From Neoechinorhynchus agilis (Eukaryota > Animalia > Acanthocephala), in assembly GCA_051530055.1 (NCBI GenBank), contig CM121342.1, positions 7,112,864 to 7,176,863 of the forward strand: a DNA stretch of 64,000 nt, given 5' to 3'. A model generated the notes under the pieces. The model had not been told where the DNA came from. It did not search any database and saw only the letters and a program-made list of their open reading frames with translations. The position numbers and the translations under genes are program-made. Positions 59,304-64,000 of the stretch are shown piece after piece; position 1 is the first letter of the stretch; each line of letters starts with the position of its first letter.

Positions 59304-60830
59304 ATGAACGCACCACCGATCGTAAATTCTGGAGATTTGATGAGAAGCGGCCACCGTCGTCGAGTTGCCTATTTCTACGATCCAGTGATAGGAAACTTCT
59401 ACTACGGACAAGGCCATCCAATGAAACCCCACCGCATTCGTATGACTCACAATTTAGTGCTCAACTACAAACTTTATCGGCATCTGAGCTGTTACCGGCC
59501 TCGTCCAGCAACGTTCCAAGAAATGAACAAATTTCACGGCGACGAGTATTTAGGTTTTCTTCGTAGTATAACCGTGGACAGCATAAACGACATTCCACGT
59601 CAACTTCAGCGATTCAACGTTGGTGAGGACTGCCCCGTGTTTGAGGGTTTATATGAGTTTTGTCAGATATCCGCCGGTGGGAGTGTTGCTGGTGCCAGGA
59701 AGCTCAATAATCAATCTGCGGACGTTGCGATCAATTGGGCTGGAGGAATGCATCACGCAAAAAAGAGCGAATCTTCAGGATTTTGTTACGTTAACGATAT
59801 TGCTTTAGCCATTATTGAACTATTGAAACAACATCAACGAGTTTTATACGTGGACATTGACGTTCATCACGGAGATGGAGTCGAGGAAGCTTTTTATACG
59901 ACCGATCGAGTAATGACGGTTTCATTTCACAAATATGGCGAGTATTTTCCTGGTACGGGGGATTTTAAAGACAATGGAGCTGGAAAAGGGAAGTTTCACG
60001 CATTGAACGTGCCTCTTAGAGATGGAATCGACGATGAAACTTACGCTATGGTATTTCAGGCAATCATGGATAGAGTGATGGAAACTTATCAACCGGGTGC
60101 AGTTGTTCTTCAATGTGGATCCGATTCTTTGACTGGCGATCGATTAGGATGTTTTAATCTAAGTCTTAAAGGTCATGGTCATTGTATTACGTATATGATG
60201 AAGTTTCAAAAACCTTTATTGATCGTGGGAGGAGGTGGATACACGATAAGGAATGTCGCTCGATGTTGGGCTTACGAGACTGGAATCGCGGCTGGAATCG
60301 AAGTGCCCGATCGTATTCCATACAACGATTACTACGAATATTTCAGTCCTGATTTCAAACTGCACATTACTCCTTCGAATATGACAAACCAAAATGATCG
60401 AAGATACTTGGGTAACATTCAAGAAAAGTTGTTTGAGTATTTGAGACGAGTTGGTCCCGCTCCGAGTGTTCCCATCCAAGATATCGACGATTCGGATGGA
60501 GTGAACACGATCGCAGAAGAGATGATGGAATATGAAACAAATGCAATTGATGATCTCGATCCTGACAGTAGACGAAACCAGCGAATGGTTGATATGAGAA
60601 TTAGACAAGATGAAGAAATTGACGAGTCGGACGATGACGATGAGACTGAACAAAATGTTCGTAGTTATGAAGACGATGACGACGACGATGAGAGTAGCAG
60701 TAATGAAACCAAAAGACCACGGTTAGATGACGAACAAGGAACTCAAGGAATCGAAGAGAACATTGCTTCATTGTGTGTTGGTGAACATGAAATGGATGTG
60801 GACGATGAGGAATCGATAGACGATGAATAA
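59304..60830 (+). CDS. HDAC1: Class I histone deacetylase HDAC1/2 (Rpd3), 508 aa, intronless
   Basis: [82 protein letters not shown] and GGGGYT, followed by an acidic tail. Confidence 0.98.
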   Translation: MNAPPIVNSGDLMRSGHRRRVAYFYDPVIGNFYYGQGHPMKPHRIRMTHNLVLNYKLYRHLSCYRPRPATFQEMNKFHGDEYLGFLRSITVDSINDIPRQLQRFNVGEDCPVFEGLYEFCQISAGGSVAGARKLNNQSADVAINWAGGMHHAKKSESSGFCYVNDIALAIIELLKQHQRVLYVDIDVHHGDGVEEAFYTTDRVMTVSFHKYGEYFPGTGDFKDNGAGKGKFHALNVPLRDGIDDETYAMVFQAIMDRVMETYQPGAVVLQCGSDSLTGDRLGCFNLSLKGHGHCITYMMKFQKPLLIVGGGGYTIRNVARCWAYETGIAAGIEVPDRIPYNDYYEYFSPDFKLHITPSNMTNQNDRRYLGNIQEKLFEYLRRVGPAPSVPIQDIDDSDGVNTIAEEMMEYETNAIDDLDPDSRRNQRMVDMRIRQDEEIDESDDDDETEQNVRSYEDDDDDDESSSNETKRPRLDDEQGTQGIEENIASLCVGEHEMDVDDEESIDDE

Positions 60831-61289
60831 ACGAAAAAATGAACGCAATTTTTACAATATGTTGTGTACTAATTAAAAAGGAAAATGTTTGGGGGAACAA
60901 ACTGATTTTTTGTGCTACCAAATATTTACATCGATTTATGGAGAATCTTAAAGCCTTCAACACCGGAAATAAGAGGTAGTTTCAGACTTTTTCTTTATTA
61001 TAATAACGTGTTTATTTGATAATTAACAAAGAAAAGGACCCGGGTGTCTTTAGGTCCTCGTTAGAATTTTTTTCTTAGGTAAGTTGACTATGGTTAGTAG
61101 AAATTGTTTTTGTTCCGTTAGTTGATTTTGATTGGTTAATTTTGTAGTTGGCCACGCGATTGTTGTAAGTGTGAGTAAAAGGAGAAATGTGTGTGGTAGA
61201 GATCGAAGAGGACGAAGAAAATGAAGGCGCTTTGAGTACTTTTGAAAGATTAGAGCGAGATGGTTTTCTCATGAAATGAACTCGGAAGA

Positions 61290-61730
61290 GCATATTAGAG
61301 CGTATCATCACATTTGAAGATCACGCACGGCTTTGAGTTTCCGGTGATGAACGTGCGGAGTGAATGAACAATCGCCTTTGCGCCATAGGGCGAAGCAGCA
61401 TCCCTACTTTTTCAAAAACAAAAAAAGCGAGTAAGTTCTTTTGACGAAAATTTTACTCTGTGTCCTGGAGCCTGACCACCGCCGAAACTCAAATCGGTCG
61501 CTTGCTGGACGCGCTTCTTCGAAGCTCGCTCCTTCGATACGATCCCTTATATTTTATCATCGAAATCAGAAGTGAAGATGGCAATCTCCTCTTTTGCTAA
61601 CGGATCAGCTCCCAGGCGATAAATGTATTCAATCAATCTTCATCTCTCGACAATTAACACGCTTTCCACCTCCCGCCGAATTCCAGCTTTTGTCCTTCCT
61701 CGACCGTCGCCATCACGCTGGCAGCGTACT
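61290..61730 (-). mobile_element. Remnants of CRE-clade elements (extreme 3' end, then a probable RT fragment)
   Basis: AASVMATVEEGQKLEF at ~61730-61650, with DNA similar to 14295-14335. GAKAIVHSLRTF...VIFKCD at ~61385-61310 resembles the CRE RT motif GxEAxVHxxR...LKLD. Confidence 0.55.
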
Positions 61731-61776
61731 CTTAAAACCCCTAGGAAAAACCGTTTTTTCTTCCAAAAGGTTAAAT

Positions 61777-62170
61777 TTACGCGACAGATTGGGCACATGA
61801 AGCGATTTTGGGCCACAGGTCAGCGCATTCTTTAGCCACAGGTCCAGTAATGGCTGATCCTTTCATTTCTCCTTTTTCATTGACGATAACTCCTGCATTA
61901 TCTTCAAAATAAATGAAAGTTCCATCTTTTCGTCTATAAGGTTTTCGTTGACGGATAACAACGGCCAACAGCACTTTTTTCCTCAGTTCCGGTTTTCCCT
62001 TTTTCACGGTAATCATGACGAGATCTCCAACACAAGCGGCCGGTAGACGATTGAGCCTAGCGCCCCATCCTCTGACGCTAATGATGAACATATTCTTAGC
62101 TCCAGTGTTATCGGCGCAATTGATGACGGCACCACTCGGTAGACCTAGAGATATCCGATACTTTTTATCC
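61777..62170 (-). CDS. RPL23: 60S ribosomal protein L23 (uL14); start codon/first exon not located
   Basis: [30 protein letters not shown]...[12 protein letters not shown]...[10 protein letters not shown]...[38 protein letters not shown]. Confidence 0.95.
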
Positions 62171-62539
62171 GAGATTCGCGAGATCCCGTTGGTGTGATCG
62201 AATTTTCAAGAAGAAGATAAGGAATAGATCGCTCGCCTGAAAAAATTAGTGAAAATGTATTCTGCATCAACTTTTATGTTTTGTTCGTCACTTCCCTATG
62301 GATTACTAATATTCGACCAAACGATTAGGAATTTATTGGTAATGATCACAATCTAAATGGAACCACGGCTCCTCCAATTCGTAAGCCGTTCGCTATTCAA
62401 AGCGAAAGAATTCATGAAAAAAGACGGTCCTATGCTCAAAAATGGGCCCATCGTTTACGTTTCAGCGATTCAACGTCCAATGCTTTCGTAGCTTTAAGAA
62501 TCGGGAGATATTGATTTGACGATTTCTCGCTTTTCTCTC

Positions 62540-63400
62540 TATCGCTATTTCATATTTCTCCCTTTACTCAAATTCATTTGAAGGAATCTTTAAGTTCTTT
62601 TTGGGAAATCATTAAATAGATTTTACCGATATTCAATTTGTTTTCAAAGAAAAATCACACTTTAATGTTTCTCTTTCAAATTTGAACTTCTCGCTATTTC
62701 ATATTTCTCCCTTTACTCAAATTCATTTGAAGGAATCTTTAAGTACTTTTTGGGAAATCCTTAAATACATTTTACCGATATTCAATATGTTTTCACGAAA
62801 AATCACACTTTAATGTTTCTCTTTCAAATTTGAACTTCTCGCTATTTCATATTTCTCCCTTTACTCAAATTCATTTGAAGGAATCTTTAAGTTCTTTTTG
62901 GGAAATCATTAAATAGATTTTACCGATATTCAATATGTTTTCATAGAAAAATCACACTTTAATGTTTCTCTTTCAAATTTGAACTTCTCGCTATTTCATA
63001 TTTCTCCCTTTACTCAAATTCATTTGAAGGAATCTTTAAGTTCTTTTTGGGAAATCATTAAATAGATTTTACCGATATTCAATTTGTTTTCAAAGAAAAA
63101 TCACACTTTAATGTTTCTCTTTCAAATTTGAACTTCTCGCTATTTCATATTTCTCCCTTTACTCAAATTCATTTGAAGGAATCTTTAAGTTCTTTTTGGG
63201 AAATCATTAAATAGATTTTACCGATATTCAATTTGTTTTCATAGAAAAATCACACTTTAATGTTTCTCTTTCAAATTTGAACTTCTCGCTATTTCATATT
63301 TCTCCCTTTACTCAAATTCATTTGAAGGAATCTTTAAGTTCTTTTTGGGAAATCTTTCTCGATATACAATATTGTTTTCATGGAAAAATCACACTTTAAT
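62540..63400. repeat. Tandem array H, ~149-bp unit, ~5.7 copies
   Basis: CGCTATTTCATATTTCTCCCTTTACTCAAATTC recurs at ~62543, 62692, 62840, 62989, 63139 and 63289. Confidence 0.96.
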
Positions 63401-63515
63401 GTGTGTTTCTCTCTCTCAAATCTGAACCGTTGAATACTAATATTCGTCCAAAAAAGAAGTTTTCTTAATAGATATCGACTAAAAGTACTTTGGTTTTTAG
63501 ATACGATTATTTCAG

Positions 63516-63864
63516 ATGGCTTCAGAAGTTGACTCTCAGGATGTTCAGAATGACCCCGTTGTTTATCTGTTGGAAGATCTTCAAACTGCACATCAGTCAT
63601 TGCTTGAGGAAGCATCGAATACATTTGAGAATCGTTTTGAACAATTCAAATCGGTAAGATAACATTTGTGAACTCAATTCTTTGAACATTTTGTACCTCG
63701 CTCGCTGTTAGGTGTTTGTTTCTATTCTTAATCTAAAATCGGAGTTGGAAGCCATCCATTCGGCTTCTGAGAACTATGTCAATGAGTTACATGAGCGTCA
63801 GCGTGAAGCAAAAGCGCACATGATGACATTGATGAACTCATTGTTTGGAGGAGAATGCGATTAA
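63516..63864 (+). CDS. Small coiled-coil protein (~96 aa), exons 63516-63653 and 63712-63864
   Basis: TTTTCAG|ATG start and a canonical 58-nt GTAAGA...TGTTAG intron. It reads MASEVDSQDVQNDPVVYLLEDLQTAHQSLLEE...LHERQREAKAHMMTLMNSLFGGECD; not in the supplied ORF track. Confidence 0.6.
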
Positions 63865-64000
63865 TTTTTAATGTTGTCAAAAATATCTTTCCCAAACCCC
63901 ATTATTTGCAGATAAATTTTCCGCTATGATCGCTCAAATCGTTCGATTTTCTTCTCGTGAATTATTTCTTCACCCTCATCGTTTGCTTGCTTCGGCTGCG

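Noticed and set aside
63654-63741. Apparent non-canonical intron between AAATCGG direct repeats in the small coiled-coil gene
   Set aside because: An in-frame canonical acceptor (CTGTTAG, 63711) explains it.

Overview
AT-rich, gene-dense DNA from a small-genome metazoan, judged from collagen IV, peroxidasin, RING1, FBXW7, SLX4, MITD1, HDAC1 and RPL23. The taxon cannot be fixed from the sequence alone. T-rich AG acceptors directly before most start codons suggest spliced-leader trans-splicing, as in larvacean tunicates or nematodes. About a third of the window is satellite DNA from nine unrelated tandem families (units about 140-460 bp). These are mixed with MITE/foldback palindromes, CRE-clade non-LTR fragments, a Ty3/gypsy fragment and decayed coding sequence. 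Many conserved genes are intronless, and peroxidasin has nine short canonical GT-AG introns. The main finding is a second class of intervening sequence. In MITD1 (one) and peroxidasin (three), and probably in SLX4 and FBXW7, conserved reading frames are broken by 54-626 nt inserts. These start and end with TA (CA...TA in FBXW7) and have base-paired inverted-repeat ends. The four strong cases have no plausible in-frame GT-AG solution, and removing the insert while leaving one TA restores the conserved protein. This points to structure-guided non-canonical splicing or IES-like DNA excision. A second notable feature is a 140-bp satellite that is a tandemly amplified copy of the FBXW7 5' end. Repeat boundaries are approximate, and all homology calls come from motif recognition rather than database searches.
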